From a virus (Duplodnaviria; Caudoviricetes): a DNA stretch of 64,000 nt. Both the position numbers and the translations under genes were made by a program. The notes beneath the pieces were generated by a model. That model made no database searches and was not told the DNA's origin. It worked only from the letters and a program-made list of their open reading frames with translations. The stretch lies in the IMG/VR virus record IMGVR_UViG_3300020399_000132, positions 113,420-177,419 of that record, one strand, 5' to 3'. Positions 18,190 through 27,115 of this stretch are shown one piece after another. The first letter of the stretch is position 1. Each line of letters starts with the position of its first letter.

Positions 18190-18814
18190 ACCACTCCAAA
18201 TTACTAATATCTTTATAATGATTATTATCAGCTATATCTTTATCGTCGAAACCAAAATTAATGCGATCATTAAAATTAAATAATCCTAATTCTGCAGTTT
18301 CTGGGGGCATGTACATATTATACCCAGATGCCATAAGCTTGTCATCTACATACTTTACATCTTTATTTCTGCCCATATAAATCATTGGTCTTGCCCAGTC
18401 AACAAAATCTTTATTATCTGTTAATATCATACCACCTCTAACAGTAGATATTGTTTTTCTATGATGGAAACTAAGACAATAATAAGTATCCGAAAAATAC
18501 ATGTTTTCGGTAAATCTACATGCAGAATCAACAATATCCAGTGATTCTATCGGATAATATCCCTTCCATTTGAAATCTATAAATTTTAATTTATAGCCGG
18601 CATGCTGAAGTGATTGGGGTACACTTATATATGTTTGTTTAGGTAATTCTGCTATGTTATTATATGTTTCAAATGGCTTAATTTTTTTATTCCATAATGC
18701 TGCTATAAAAATTGCATTAGTACAGCTGTCTGTAGCTACTGCATATTTGGAGCCGCCAAATTCTGCAATTGTTTCTTCAAATTCTTTTACTTTGTTCCAC
18801 ATTAAATAACTCAC
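18179..18814 (-). CDS. DegT/DnrJ/EryC1/StrS-family PLP aminotransferase (short form)
   Basis: FEETIAEFGGSKYAVATDSCTNAI, DSAC, SFHHRKTI (PLP Lys), GGMILTD, GYNMYM. Confidence 0.85.
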   Translation of the reverse strand: MSYLMWNKVKEFEETIAEFGGSKYAVATDSCTNAIFIAALWNKKIKPFETYNNIAELPKQTYISVPQSLQHAGYKLKFIDFKWKGYYPIESLDIVDSACRFTENMYFSDTYYCLSFHHRKTISTVRGGMILTDNKDFVDWARPMIYMGRNKDVKYVDDKLMASGYNMYMPPETAELGLFNFNDRINFGFDDKDIADNNHYKDISNLEWYDD

Positions 18815-19679
18815 AATAATGATTATAATTAAATACTATTTTATCTTTAACTGTTTTAATCTTCTTCGTAAATATATCGGGCTCCATTTGCATATAAGGT
18901 TCTATTGAATCGTTTAATCTGTTTAGGCGTCTCCAATTTGGATCAAACACTCCGCCGTCAAAACTATAATCAAATAATTCATCATATAACTCAAAACCAA
19001 GATCTTTTAACTTAGCATGGATTCCTTGACCACCCCAAACTAAGAAAGGTTTTTGAAATACTATAGGTTTCCATGTTTTTTCTGTAATAAAAAGAGAATC
19101 AATGGTTGATTCTAATACCAAATCACAATTAGATTGATAATATTCAAGGGGCACTAATTCTTGAAATCCTCGATGATCGGATTCTATCTCCGTAAGCTTT
19201 ATTATATCAAGATTAGAAAAACCATTTTTACCTTTATATTCTTCTAATGGAGTGTCCGGATGCCATTTATACTCTATTTCATTAACTTTAGAATAAGGAT
19301 TATTAGAATATATAAAATATTTATTAGTATATAATTTATCTAATAATTCATACTTGTGTTCTCTGGGGGCTGAGCATAAGCTAATAAAATTATATTTTAT
19401 AGGACCGTGAAGTACTGGGCGATTATAATATATGTCTCTACTGCGTTGGCTAATTTCTGTTAGGAAGGAGTAAGGATCATAAACTATTTTAAGTTTATCA
19501 TTCTTCAGATTACCATCAGCAGTGTAATACGTTACTTCATTAGGTAAGTCTTCTAAAAACTTGATAATATCTTCTCTGAACACCTCCCATACATCATAGA
19601 CCTCTATGGGGCCTTCAACGTTTAACAAGGGTGTTAGATCTGGATTATTAACTGTTGGTGGGTTAATATAAAATTTCAT
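18777..19679 (-). CDS. glycosyltransferase-like protein, paralogue 1
   Basis: DLVLES...FITEKTWKPIVFQKPFLVWG...GFELYDELFDYSFD. Confidence 0.6.
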   Translation of the reverse strand: MKFYINPPTVNNPDLTPLLNVEGPIEVYDVWEVFREDIIKFLEDLPNEVTYYTADGNLKNDKLKIVYDPYSFLTEISQRSRDIYYNRPVLHGPIKYNFISLCSAPREHKYELLDKLYTNKYFIYSNNPYSKVNEIEYKWHPDTPLEEYKGKNGFSNLDIIKLTEIESDHRGFQELVPLEYYQSNCDLVLESTIDSLFITEKTWKPIVFQKPFLVWGGQGIHAKLKDLGFELYDELFDYSFDGGVFDPNWRRLNRLNDSIEPYMQMEPDIFTKKIKTVKDKIVFNYNHYCELFNVEQSKRI

Positions 19680-20530
19680 TCATATATAAAGTCTACTAAC
19701 TTATTTGGATCCGGATCATGTCGATTTTCACCGGCTTCTACATCACGAATAAAGTGTTCGTGAAACTTGGTAGGCAAATCTGTTTTATTAAAATGGTTTG
19801 TTATTATATTACTTAACACTGTATGATTACGATGTGTAAAATGATTAATCATACCGGCATGATGAATATTTTCATCTGACCATTCTTTTTTTGAATGATC
19901 AAATAAAGGAAATGAATAAAAATGAAATAAATTATCATTAAGACTTGTAAAATCAAATAACTCTTCTTTGTGTACTCTACTAAAAGGATTAGGAGTCATT
20001 CCCCATACACGAAAAACTATCATTGGCCAATTGTTCAACTTAGATAGTGCATGAAGATATGAAACATTCTTTAAGTTTTGATGATCAAATTCATCCCACA
20101 TACTTTCATAAAGAGATGTTATACTAAATTCCTCTTCTGGTGTATAATAATATTCAGCAAGTTCCGGATTTCCTTCACGTTTAGCCATCCAATCTTGATA
20201 TGCTGAAGATGGGTCTATACCACCTTTCCGGTTTCTTTTATCACTAGGGTTTTTTGTACTATCTGTAGTTCCTTCTAGCCAAGTCCAAGGAATTCTATAT
20301 GTACTAGATAATACAAATACGAACTTAGGATTTAATCCAAAACATTCTTGCTCATAATGCCGATGAAATTTTGCTAATGTGCCGGCAGGCCCTTCACCAC
20401 ATTTTCCATGATTATCATGTTCTTCATCTAGATTTTTAGAAAGCATTTGATACCAACGTTCATGGTCGCGCATTCCTAATTTTTCTGCTCGTTCATTTTC
20501 TACAAAACTATCACCATACAAATATATCAT
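19676..20530 (-). CDS. SGNH/GDSL-like protein, paralogue 1
   Basis: likely start MIYLYGDSF at 20530; NHGKCGEG, NHFT; ends DFIYE. Confidence 0.65.
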   Translation of the reverse strand: MIYLYGDSFVENERAEKLGMRDHERWYQMLSKNLDEEHDNHGKCGEGPAGTLAKFHRHYEQECFGLNPKFVFVLSSTYRIPWTWLEGTTDSTKNPSDKRNRKGGIDPSSAYQDWMAKREGNPELAEYYYTPEEEFSITSLYESMWDEFDHQNLKNVSYLHALSKLNNWPMIVFRVWGMTPNPFSRVHKEELFDFTSLNDNLFHFYSFPLFDHSKKEWSDENIHHAGMINHFTHRNHTVLSNIITNHFNKTDLPTKFHEHFIRDVEAGENRHDPDPNKLVDFIYE

Positions 20531-20676
20531 TTTCCCTGACCGCGGTATTTTTTCCAACACTTACGTTTATGTTTGTTCTTCGGTTTGGTATATTTTGACT
20601 TTCCAATGGAAGTTCGTTTCGGTGTTACTTTAATCTTTTTCGTTTGTGTTAATCCGTATGCTGTTCTTTTAGCCAT
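20527..20676 (-). CDS. small basic protein (49 aa) ending KKYRGQGK
   Basis: MAKRTAYGLTQTKKIKVTPKRTSIGKSKYTKPKNKHKRKCWKKYRGQGK; ATGA overlap with next gene. Confidence 0.7.
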   Translation of the reverse strand: MAKRTAYGLTQTKKIKVTPKRTSIGKSKYTKPKNKHKRKCWKKYRGQGK

Positions 20677-20679
20677 TTG

Positions 20680-20973
20680 TTAATCATTTTCTATCTGTTG
20701 AATTGTATCGGGATAAGGCCAGGAATGCTTCTCAACTTCAATCTTGGACTCTGCTTCTTTCTTTTCCCTATGGGCCATCAAATCAAGAATATCTTGTCCT
20801 AACTCGGTAAGATCACTATTGGTTAGATAAGGGAGAAAGCTATTAATAACGCGTGCCATATTCTGATGCGAATATAACATTTCTTTTTTATTAATGTATA
20901 TTTGAATATTTTCTTCACTCATAGGAATTTGATGACATCTTCTCTTGAATATTATAAGCCTTTTTGCCATCAT
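20680..20973 (-). CDS. hypothetical protein
   Basis: ORF track; true start likely the internal MSEENI. Confidence 0.55.
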   Translation of the reverse strand: MMAKRLIIFKRRCHQIPMSEENIQIYINKKEMLYSHQNMARVINSFLPYLTNSDLTELGQDILDLMAHREKKEAESKIEVEKHSWPYPDTIQQIEND

Positions 20974-21541
20974 AATAATATAAAGATTGATGAGGAGACT
21001 CTGTGGGGGTACTGTTACTTTGATAATAAAATTGTCTTATAGCGTATCTAGTGCCGCTTGTTATTTCTGTTACACTATGTGGAGCCGAGTCATTATTTTT
21101 AAACAATACTGACGTATTATGATTCGGCACATGACTCCACATAATATTTTTTCTTTCTTTATCCCAGAGACGAAATTCACCTCCTTTACAGTCCCCAAGA
21201 TATATCATTAAACTGAATGCTCTGTTTAATTTTACTCTATTATTCCAATTAAAATCTATATGAGGATCGAGTTTACATCCTTTAGTCATTTTGGATATAC
21301 CTTCGCCCACGCCTAATGGATCAAATAACAATCCTTCTAGGCCTGTTTCCTCTTCTAAATTTTTAATTGTGCGTTGTGAATGAAGTTGATTATATACTTC
21401 TCTAAGAACAGTATGCTCCTCCCAATCATAATATTCATACATCAAACTATTATTTCTCTCAAAAGTTTTCCAATTTTCAATTCCTTCAAGAGTTTTAAGA
21501 CAGCTTGTCGCTATTTTTTTATCAAGAAAACAAGACTTCAT
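20915..21541 (-). CDS. 2OG-Fe(II) oxygenase (prolyl-hydroxylase-like)
   Basis: LDPHIDFNW (HxD), GGEFRLWD, APHSV, TRYAIRQFYY. Confidence 0.85.
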   Translation of the reverse strand: MKSCFLDKKIATSCLKTLEGIENWKTFERNNSLMYEYYDWEEHTVLREVYNQLHSQRTIKNLEEETGLEGLLFDPLGVGEGISKMTKGCKLDPHIDFNWNNRVKLNRAFSLMIYLGDCKGGEFRLWDKERKNIMWSHVPNHNTSVLFKNNDSAPHSVTEITSGTRYAIRQFYYQSNSTPTESPHQSLYYYDGKKAYNIQEKMSSNSYE

Positions 21542-21761
21542 TATGTTCCATAAGATTGGTTAATAAAGCGGATGAAACAAATTCCGCTTCATCTCTATCC
21601 ACTACTACAAAATCTCCGTCCTCATCTAAAACTACAAAATTACCAGAATCTTTAAAGATTCTAATTTGATATTGTTTAGATTGAGCAAGAAAATCGGTAT
21701 GGGCTTCCATTTCAGGATGTTTCGATATGTTCATCAGACCCTTCAATTTCACTATTTTCAT
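21522..21761 (-). CDS. hypothetical protein
   Basis: ORF track 79 aa; start uncertain. Confidence 0.55.
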   Translation of the reverse strand: MKIVKLKGLMNISKHPEMEAHTDFLAQSKQYQIRIFKDSGNFVVLDEDGDFVVVDRDEAEFVSSALLTNLMEHNEVLFS

Positions 21762-21879
21762 CTACTTTTTCGAGATTAGCTCGTTTTAGACGTTCTATAT
21801 TTTCATCTTTTAAAGGAAAAGGAATTATTTCTGCAGGCCCTTTTAGTTCTTGAATTTTTCTACTTATCCAATCTTTCAT
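21712..21879 (-). CDS. hypothetical protein (55 aa)
   Basis: MKDWISRKIQELKGPAEIIPFPLK...; GGAGG upstream. Confidence 0.55.
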   Translation of the reverse strand: MKDWISRKIQELKGPAEIIPFPLKDENIERLKRANLEKVDENSEIEGSDEHIETS

Positions 21880-21935
21880 AAAGGGCCTCCATGATTCACC
21901 TCAAAGTTATGTTATATTTATTCAAGCAAATCTTT

Positions 21936-23075
21936 CTATCTTTTTGGCGCCGGTAACATATTTGGAGTTTTTCGTGGATATATATCAGCTGCATTAACTG
22001 GTAAAACTTTTAATGTTACCTCTACTTTGTGAAAAACACGTTTTCGTATAATTGTTAATGAAACCTTATCTCCAATATTACATTTTCCTAATTCTTCTGA
22101 AAATTCTAAACCATCATTAATCATCACGCCATTGACTCCAATGATAGTGTCATAAGCTTTCAATCCTTCTGGTACTGTGCCAGGTCGTACCCATAAACCA
22201 AGAGTATTCGGCACATGGGCGGGTTTAATATTAGGATAATCTTTCATTATTTTGTCTTTAGTTTTAGGATTAACTAATCCCATAATCATTATGCCGACTG
22301 CAGGCCTATCAACCCTACCATTTTCTAACATAGATTCTAAAGACTTTTTTACAATATCTCCTCTGACTGCTATGCCAACCCCAGCGTTTTCCATAGTCTT
22401 AGAAATAATCATAGAATTAATCCCTATGATTTCCCCTTTCATATTCAGAAGAGGTCCGCCTGAATTTCCTTTGTTTATTGCAGCATCAGTTTGCAATGAT
22501 TTAATATAAGGATGTCTCATATATCTTTCATTGCTTGAAATAATACCTTTAGTTAAAGTCCAAGCCATTCCCATCGGATGACCAAATGCAAAAACTTCAG
22601 TTCCTGGTGATATATTTTCTATATCATCTGCAAATTTAATATAAGATTTAGGTTTTACATCTGATGTGACCTGAATTAATGCTAAATCTGCAAGCGGATC
22701 TAAACCAATTACATTTACATCATGAAGTTCATAATCATGTTCAGAATAATAAATTAATTTAATATAATTTTGTTGATAAATGCAGTGAAAATTTGTAAGT
22801 ATATGTCCTGAATCAGATACGACAACTCCTGCACATAACCCATTTGATCTGGGATCTGTTTCTGCATCAACATTGGGACTTGTAGAAAGCATAACTATAG
22901 CCTCTTTAGTCCTTTGAAGAATTGATTCGAAGTTGAATGGTTTTTTAACTTCCGCTAAAACTGGTTCATTTGTTTTATTTTCTAATGGGAAGCGTTCTGC
23001 ATATGATGTGCTCCAACCAAATATTAACAATAACAAAGTATAACACATCAAACCCAAAAATTTGAATTTTTTCAT
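21936..23075 (-). CDS. htrA: HtrA/DegP-family serine protease with PDZ-like C-terminus
   Basis: signal peptide; LTNFHC, DLALI, QTDAAINKGNSGGPL catalytic triad motifs. Confidence 0.92.
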   Translation of the reverse strand: MKKFKFLGLMCYTLLLLIFGWSTSYAERFPLENKTNEPVLAEVKKPFNFESILQRTKEAIVMLSTSPNVDAETDPRSNGLCAGVVVSDSGHILTNFHCIYQQNYIKLIYYSEHDYELHDVNVIGLDPLADLALIQVTSDVKPKSYIKFADDIENISPGTEVFAFGHPMGMAWTLTKGIISSNERYMRHPYIKSLQTDAAINKGNSGGPLLNMKGEIIGINSMIISKTMENAGVGIAVRGDIVKKSLESMLENGRVDRPAVGIMIMGLVNPKTKDKIMKDYPNIKPAHVPNTLGLWVRPGTVPEGLKAYDTIIGVNGVMINDGLEFSEELGKCNIGDKVSLTIIRKRVFHKVEVTLKVLPVNAADIYPRKTPNMLPAPKR

Positions 23076-23078
23076 GTA

Positions 23079-23636
23079 CTATCCTTGAAAAATTATTCCC
23101 GGTTCCTCTTTGGATTCTGTCGGTTTTTGGCTTTGTGGCTCTTCGGGCGAATCCTGAGGCACATCTGGGATTATTGTTTTATTATCTTTATCTTCTGTCG
23201 TTTCATTATCTAATGGTATTTCTATTTTAGATTTTGTAAAAAAACTTGGTAAAGTTTCATATTCTTTAACACATTCTAACGCTTTAATCATGAATAAGTC
23301 CCCAGTCCAATTGGGGTTTTGAACTTTTTTAAAATAGTTTTCTAATGTAATTTCTTTTCTAATCTTATCCATTACACAAAAACAATGTTCTACCATTTGT
23401 CTTTGCGCCATTGGATGCATCTGCAGATTTCCAAGAGATGGATTACTCAATACTACCCATCTTATAGTTCCTTGGTAACAAGCATTTATCGTATCATATA
23501 AAAGTTGGGATGACCATTTACCTTCTTCTAATATTTTTGGAAATCCAAAACCAGTCCGCGGCAACGGTTCTTTACCATTAACAAATCCCGCGAAAGATAG
23601 GATTAATACAAACATTAAAATTAAAGAGGTTTTCAT
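23079..23636 (-). CDS. secreted Cys-containing hypothetical protein
   Basis: N-terminal signal peptide; ACYQ...HCFCVMD...EC. Confidence 0.6.
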   Translation of the reverse strand: MKTSLILMFVLILSFAGFVNGKEPLPRTGFGFPKILEEGKWSSQLLYDTINACYQGTIRWVVLSNPSLGNLQMHPMAQRQMVEHCFCVMDKIRKEITLENYFKKVQNPNWTGDLFMIKALECVKEYETLPSFFTKSKIEIPLDNETTEDKDNKTIIPDVPQDSPEEPQSQKPTESKEEPGIIFQG

Positions 23637-23654
23637 ACTTCCATCCTTTATTAT

Positions 23655-24278
23655 TTAGATATCCCTTGGTCCGTGAAATATAATTTGACCATAATCTTTT
23701 GATTGTCTGAATACTCTTCTTCTTACTGGTTCTTTCCCGTTTTTTAATTCTATATAATACATTAAAAATGTATCTGCTTGCATATTTAAACCATTCTGTA
23801 ATTCCATATACTTATAGGTAGCTTTTACAATACCTTCTGCAAATTCTGGTGAGATCATGTATGAAGTAGCGGGCGGAACACCCAAGATCGCAATACCATT
23901 ATCTCTTCTATAATCTTTACCTTTATCTATAAATCTTTCAAACTTAAATTTAAGATCGTAACTATCCACAATTTCTAGATTTTTACGAGCGTCATGTTCA
24001 AAACAAGCAATAGACCTTCCTAATTTAAGACACCTTTTCCATAATTCAAAATGAGTACAAAAACAAGCTTTTTCTGTGTCGTGAATCGGAAGTTTTAATT
24101 TGCGCCCATGCGTTGATACCTTATATTCTTGAAATCGTAATTCAGGAGAAAGTACTTCTGGAGAACGAGCAGGAAACATCTCCAAATCAATATCAAATTC
24201 TTTTTTAAAATGTTTTATACCTTCTTCAAAATATTGTTCGGATATAGGATTTCCCTCAATCAAGTGCATGAAATACAT
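23655..24278 (-). CDS. glycosyltransferase family 25-like
   Basis: EKACFCTHFELWKRC...IACFEHDA...SYMISP. Confidence 0.7.
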   Translation of the reverse strand: MYFMHLIEGNPISEQYFEEGIKHFKKEFDIDLEMFPARSPEVLSPELRFQEYKVSTHGRKLKLPIHDTEKACFCTHFELWKRCLKLGRSIACFEHDARKNLEIVDSYDLKFKFERFIDKGKDYRRDNGIAILGVPPATSYMISPEFAEGIVKATYKYMELQNGLNMQADTFLMYYIELKNGKEPVRRRVFRQSKDYGQIIFHGPRDI

Positions 24279-24289
24279 TATTACATTTT

Positions 24290-24532
24290 TTATCCGACCT
24301 GTTCAGTATAACAATTGGGGCATGTCAACTTAGATTTGTGTTTAGCTGATTCAGCGGGCATATTTTGTGAGAAAGGAAGTTTACACGAATTACATGTAAA
24401 ATGCCTCACGTCGGAGTTTCCAACGGAAAAATCATGTTCTTGTTTTTCTAATACAGGTGTTTTAATATCTGGAGCTCTAAAAATTCCAGTTCCCCGTTGA
24501 CCTGCGCCTTTGTTAGTTACTCTCATTGCCAT
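24290..24532 (-). CDS. zinc-ribbon protein
   Basis: CNSC...CPNC. Confidence 0.65.
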   Translation of the reverse strand: MAMRVTNKGAGQRGTGIFRAPDIKTPVLEKQEHDFSVGNSDVRHFTCNSCKLPFSQNMPAESAKHKSKLTCPNCYTEQVG

Positions 24533-24945
24533 CCTAATTGTTCTTTACCATCTTTAATGTCTTTAAGTGGAGTGAAACTCTCCCCGCACCCACAGACATG
24601 TCCGAATTTGAGACGATTAAATACAAAACCTTGTTCTACTAAATTTCCTATTTTATAATCAACTTCAACGTCACCCATTATATTATTTAGCAACTCATTA
24701 TCAACAACTAAATTCACACCATGCTGTTCAAAAACTAAGTCAGTTGAATCTACATTATCTTCATAATCTAAACTATATTTCCAACCGGAACATCCACCTG
24801 ATTTAGCACCAACTCTTAAATAAGAGTTTTTAAGTCTCTTATTTTGATCAGCAATCATATTTTTAAAAACAGTTGCCGCTTTCTCTGTTATTTTTAGTTC
24901 ACATCCAGCTTGGTTTGTGTCCATCTTCTTGTTCCTCATGTTCAT
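24523..24945 (-). CDS. iscA: A-type Fe-S carrier (IscA/HesB family), copy 2
   Basis: ITEKA, SGGCSGWKY, CGCGESF. Confidence 0.9.
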   Translation of the reverse strand: MNMRNKKMDTNQAGCELKITEKAATVFKNMIADQNKRLKNSYLRVGAKSGGCSGWKYSLDYEDNVDSTDLVFEQHGVNLVVDNELLNNIMGDVEVDYKIGNLVEQGFVFNRLKFGHVCGCGESFTPLKDIKDGKEQLGWQ

Positions 24946-25267
24946 ACATAAATGATGTTCTGCATCCGCAAGAGCCTTTTGCAGAAGGATTATTAAATTT
25001 GAGACCTCGATCGTTTAAATCGTTAGACCAATCTATTTCTGTTCCTTTAATATATAAATGACTCTTTTTATCTACCACGCAAGTGAGACCATGGCTTTCA
25101 AATTCTAGGTCGAATTTAGTTTTTCTACTATCAAAATCTACGGTATAAGTAAAACCCGAACATCCACCGCCTTTTACACCTACTCTACAAAACGTTTCCC
25201 TGTTAACATTTTGTTCGTTCATTATATCTAATATAACTTTCGCGGCGGTCTCTGTGAAACATATCAT
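24899..25267 (-). CDS. iscA: A-type Fe-S carrier (IscA/HesB family), copy 1
   Basis: GGGCSGFTY, FNNPSAKGSCGCRTSF. Confidence 0.92.
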   Translation of the reverse strand: MICFTETAAKVILDIMNEQNVNRETFCRVGVKGGGCSGFTYTVDFDSRKTKFDLEFESHGLTCVVDKKSHLYIKGTEIDWSNDLNDRGLKFNNPSAKGSCGCRTSFMYEHEEQEDGHKPSWM

Positions 25268-26121
25268 GCATTTAATTTAGCGGCGATTGCCATCTCTCTC
25301 TTTTTTTCTTTAGATTTACCTTTAAATTGAGGCGCATCAGAACTTTGAAAATCTTTAACTACATCTCCCATATCCGCATTTTTAACATCTATACCTTCAT
25401 TTGTTTTCTCTTTTTTCTTTTTTAAAGCTTGCGTAGTTGCGGCATGTGCGGCTCCTGCTGCAACACCACCAACAGCCGCTTTTGTAAGAGACCCTGCTGC
25501 TTTTCCAACTGCTTTCTTTGCTAGATAACGAGCACCTATTCCAACAAGAGGTGCAACTATACCTATCTCTTTAATTGTTTCCTCAGCAGTTTCTTCTCCC
25601 TCTTCACTTGACGGACCTTCTTTTGCTAGACGTCGATACATTTTTACCATATTGGGTTTAGTAATTCTTTCAATTGAAACATCTTTCCACACATCTGGCT
25701 TTAATTGACTTCGTAAATCATTTTTGATTGATGATTTTGAAGAACCTTCAATAAAAATAGGAGTTGGTAGACCGGGAATTTTTATTTGCCAGAAAGCTTC
25801 ACTCAATTCTTCATTTTTTGATTCTGCATCATATCCTGGATGACTAACTGTCTTTAAAATTTCTTCTTTTTTCTTCTTTCTCTTTAAAAGATCATCCGCA
25901 GCATCTTCCGCATGCATATGTTTTTTCCAACTATCACCTGTCTTTAAATCATGCCTGGTTTTTACAAGAACGTGATCAGAGGGAGTTTTCGGGTTCCTTA
26001 TCGTTTTTTGCATTTGCCGCAACGAACCTGAATGTGTAACTTTACCCTTTTCAGTACTACCTTGAACTATATGATGATTAAAAATTTCTTCTTCGATATA
26101 ATGATCTATAAATTTTTTCAT
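25264..26121 (-). CDS. putative internal head protein
   Basis: MKKFIDHYIEE capsid-targeting-like start; modular with LSE/IKE/TNE junctions; C-terminal DFQSSDAPQFKGKSKEKKREMAIAAKL. Confidence 0.55.
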   Translation of the reverse strand: MKKFIDHYIEEEIFNHHIVQGSTEKGKVTHSGSLRQMQKTIRNPKTPSDHVLVKTRHDLKTGDSWKKHMHAEDAADDLLKRKKKKEEILKTVSHPGYDAESKNEELSEAFWQIKIPGLPTPIFIEGSSKSSIKNDLRSQLKPDVWKDVSIERITKPNMVKMYRRLAKEGPSSEEGEETAEETIKEIGIVAPLVGIGARYLAKKAVGKAAGSLTKAAVGGVAAGAAHAATTQALKKKKEKTNEGIDVKNADMGDVVKDFQSSDAPQFKGKSKEKKREMAIAAKLNA

Positions 26122-26498
26122 ACTGCCTGCTTCTGTTTATAATCCGCGATTGCCGCTTTAATAGCATCTTCTGCTAGAACGGAACAATGTATTTTAACTG
26201 GTGGAAGTGATAATTCTTCAACAATCTCTACATTATTTAAAGTCATAGCTTCTTCAACGGATCTATCTTTAACCCATTCTGTAGCTAATGACGATGCTGC
26301 TATAGCAGAACCGCACCCAAACGTTTTAAATTTAGCATCAACAATTTTGTTGTCTCTGACTTCAATCTGAAGTTTCATTACATCACCACATTCTGGAGCG
26401 CCTACTAAACCGGTGCCAACATGGATGTCATTTTTATCCAGACTTCCTATATTCTTCGGATTCTCAAAATGGTCTAAAACTTTATCACTATATGCCAT
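26118..26498 (-). CDS. iscU: Fe-S cluster scaffold IscU
   Basis: MAYSDKVLDHFENPKNIG, GAPECGDVMKLQI, FKTFGCGSAIA, LPPVKIHCSVLAEDAIKAA. Confidence 0.97.
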   Translation of the reverse strand: MAYSDKVLDHFENPKNIGSLDKNDIHVGTGLVGAPECGDVMKLQIEVRDNKIVDAKFKTFGCGSAIAASSLATEWVKDRSVEEAMTLNNVEIVEELSLPPVKIHCSVLAEDAIKAAIADYKQKQAV

Positions 26499-26524
26499 AT
26501 ATGCCTTTCATTCTATTTATGAAA

Positions 26525-26926
26525 TTATGCTTCTGGATTATAATTTAATATAGCAGATACAAATGAATGATATACACCAAGGGCTTCAGATCTAGGACTC
26601 GAAACTATTATCACAAACTTTTTATCAATTTCATATCTGCCTAAATTAGCATTAGTAGGAAATGCATTAGGAGCTAATCTTTCAACGTTACGGCCCAAAT
26701 CCACATCCCATTCCATAGCCCACCGAAATTGAACGGCGTCTATTAATTCATATTTATCTCCCAAATCTCTAATTTTTGAGACCACTTCTTCACCTGTAGA
26801 TATTTTGAGCACCTTTACTTCATGATCAAAAACCGCTTTAGATAAGGCTGCATCGTTCACTTCATTCATAACGGAAATCCTTCTTTCACTTTTGTTATTT
26901 GATGGTGGCCACAATGAGGACACCAA
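26525..26926 (-). CDS. T4-like hypothetical protein (Sm-like fold)
   Basis: KVLKISTGEEVVSKI motif; likely start MNEVND. Confidence 0.55.
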   Translation of the reverse strand: MVSSLWPPSNNKSERRISVMNEVNDAALSKAVFDHEVKVLKISTGEEVVSKIRDLGDKYELIDAVQFRWAMEWDVDLGRNVERLAPNAFPTNANLGRYEIDKKFVIIVSSPRSEALGVYHSFVSAILNYNPEA

Positions 26927-27060
26927 AATTTTTCATTATTAGAGAAACTTATATCCTGCTCTAATTTACTAGGAGTAAGAGTATAGCTCCACCATTCTTG
27001 GCAGCTACCGCAGGTAAAATGATATAAAATTTCTATTGTGTATTCGTGTTTGAGCGCCAT
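26866..27060 (-). CDS. zinc-ribbon protein
   Basis: HFTCGSCQEWW...WCPHCG. Confidence 0.65.
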   Translation of the reverse strand: MALKHEYTIEILYHFTCGSCQEWWSYTLTPSKLEQDISFSNNEKFWCPHCGHHQITKVKEGFPL

Positions 27061-27083
27061 AATATATTCGCTTTTAATTTTAT

Positions 27084-27112
27084 ATTATATAATAAAACTT
27101 ATAAAAAATCAA
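27084..27112 (-). promoter_or_regulatory. sigma70-type promoter TTGATT-N17-TATAAT
   Basis: TTGATT 27112-27107, TATAAT 27089-27084. Confidence 0.65.
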
Positions 27113-27115
27113 GCA

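Noticed and set aside
23073-23081. In-frame TAG between the secreted protein and HtrA (possible read-through fusion)
   Set aside because: HtrA has its own ATG and signal peptide
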